Source of the DNA: Pseudogymnoascus verrucosus
Lineage: Eukaryota
Assembly: GCA_001662655.1 (NCBI GenBank)
Contig: KV460257.1
DNA length: 64,000 bases
Strand: one strand, 5' to 3'
How positions within the stretch are numbered: position 1 is the first letter of the stretch; every line of letters starts with the position of its first letter. Shown piece after piece: positions 63,261 to 64,000 of this stretch. The notes below the pieces were generated by a model, which worked only from the letters and a program-made list of their open reading frames with translations, did not search any database and had not been told where the DNA came from. Position numbers and translations under genes: made by a program.

Positions 63261-64000
63261 CTATGACCAAAAAATCAATCTCGGCCGCTCACCCGAAGAC
63301 TTCGCTGGAATCAGCCCCATAAAACTGCTCAACGTCAACCTCGCCCGCTGCTGCCCTGACCTGCCATCCTCCCCAATCTCTGGTTCGACAGGAAAAACTT
63401 GATGCATATTCCTTGAGTTGAAAATGCACAAGTCACCAGGCTGTGGTTGAATAGTAACCTTCTTTCGTCCTTCCACCAGCTTTTCCAGATAACCATAAGA
63501 CGAACGATCCCGAAACTCCATCGCGTCTTCAGTCCACTGACAGTCATGTACTTCGGTCTTACCACCTTTTACCTGTGTCAAGTAAAGGTTGAAAACTGCC
63601 TGCTTAGTCACCTGATTGATGATCCAATCTTCAGTCCGGCTGTCGTAAGGTGACCAGTCGCAGTGGATGGGTGTTGAGTCGTTGATTGCCCGAAAAATTC
63701 CTGAGAAGTACTGCTCGCCGGTCCTTTCTGAGGCGACGGCAACATCGTACTCAGGCAGCAATGAGGCGATTTTGTCGATGATTGTGCGCCATATGTTTTG
63801 CCCCACAACCTTCCTCAGATTCTCATGAAGTTTCTCGTGCTTCTTGGTTTCCAGGAAGTATTGCTCCTTTTCTGTTCAAATCTTAGTCAAGGTTTGCGGG
63901 ATAGGATGGGAACCCTACCATTACCGTCACTGGACCGCTGATTCAGCTGGTCGTCTGATATTGCTTGATACTCGAATTGCGCAACTCCTACTCGTAGAAG
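63261..64000 (-). CDS. 2OG-Fe(II) dioxygenase-like protein, 5' end outside the window
   Basis: PIHCDW (HxD), GDLCIFNSRNMHQV (distal His), RLTLSSF (2OG-binding Arg). Intron at about 63870-63920. Confidence 0.72.

Overview
Eukaryotic DNA from a filamentous ascomycete: genes have short GT..AG introns with CTAAC/CTAAT branch sites, and many carry RIP-type CpA>TpA damage. From about 0.8 to 53.7 kb the window is an accessory-type mosaic. Its intact genes are a secreted DUF3494 ice-binding protein, a PTH11-like 7TM::FucP-like MFS fusion, a coiled-coil protein, an RGS protein, two zinc-ribbon proteins, an EF-hand NADPH oxidase and two further PTH11-like receptors. These alternate with RIP-damaged or frameshifted pseudogenes (two kinase-like, FtsJ-like, F-box, Git3-like GPCR, CFEM-PTH11, hemerythrin, SDR, CSC1/OSCA, BTB, FSH1, a helical-repeat protein), gene fragments and pogo/copia remnants. 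From about 54.3 kb to the right edge is the intact flank of a probable secondary-metabolite cluster (acyl-CoA synthetase, alcohol acetyltransferase, P450, Tri101-type transferase, 2OG-Fe(II) oxygenase). The most unusual signal: three different 'upstream region + ATG + first 5-11 codons' cassettes are each reused in front of unrelated sequence, and they share an ATGATAC-like motif. There is also a three-fragment gene mosaic (MFS / histidine kinase / photolyase) with no spacer at the junctions. All family calls come from motif recognition by eye; no database searches were run.
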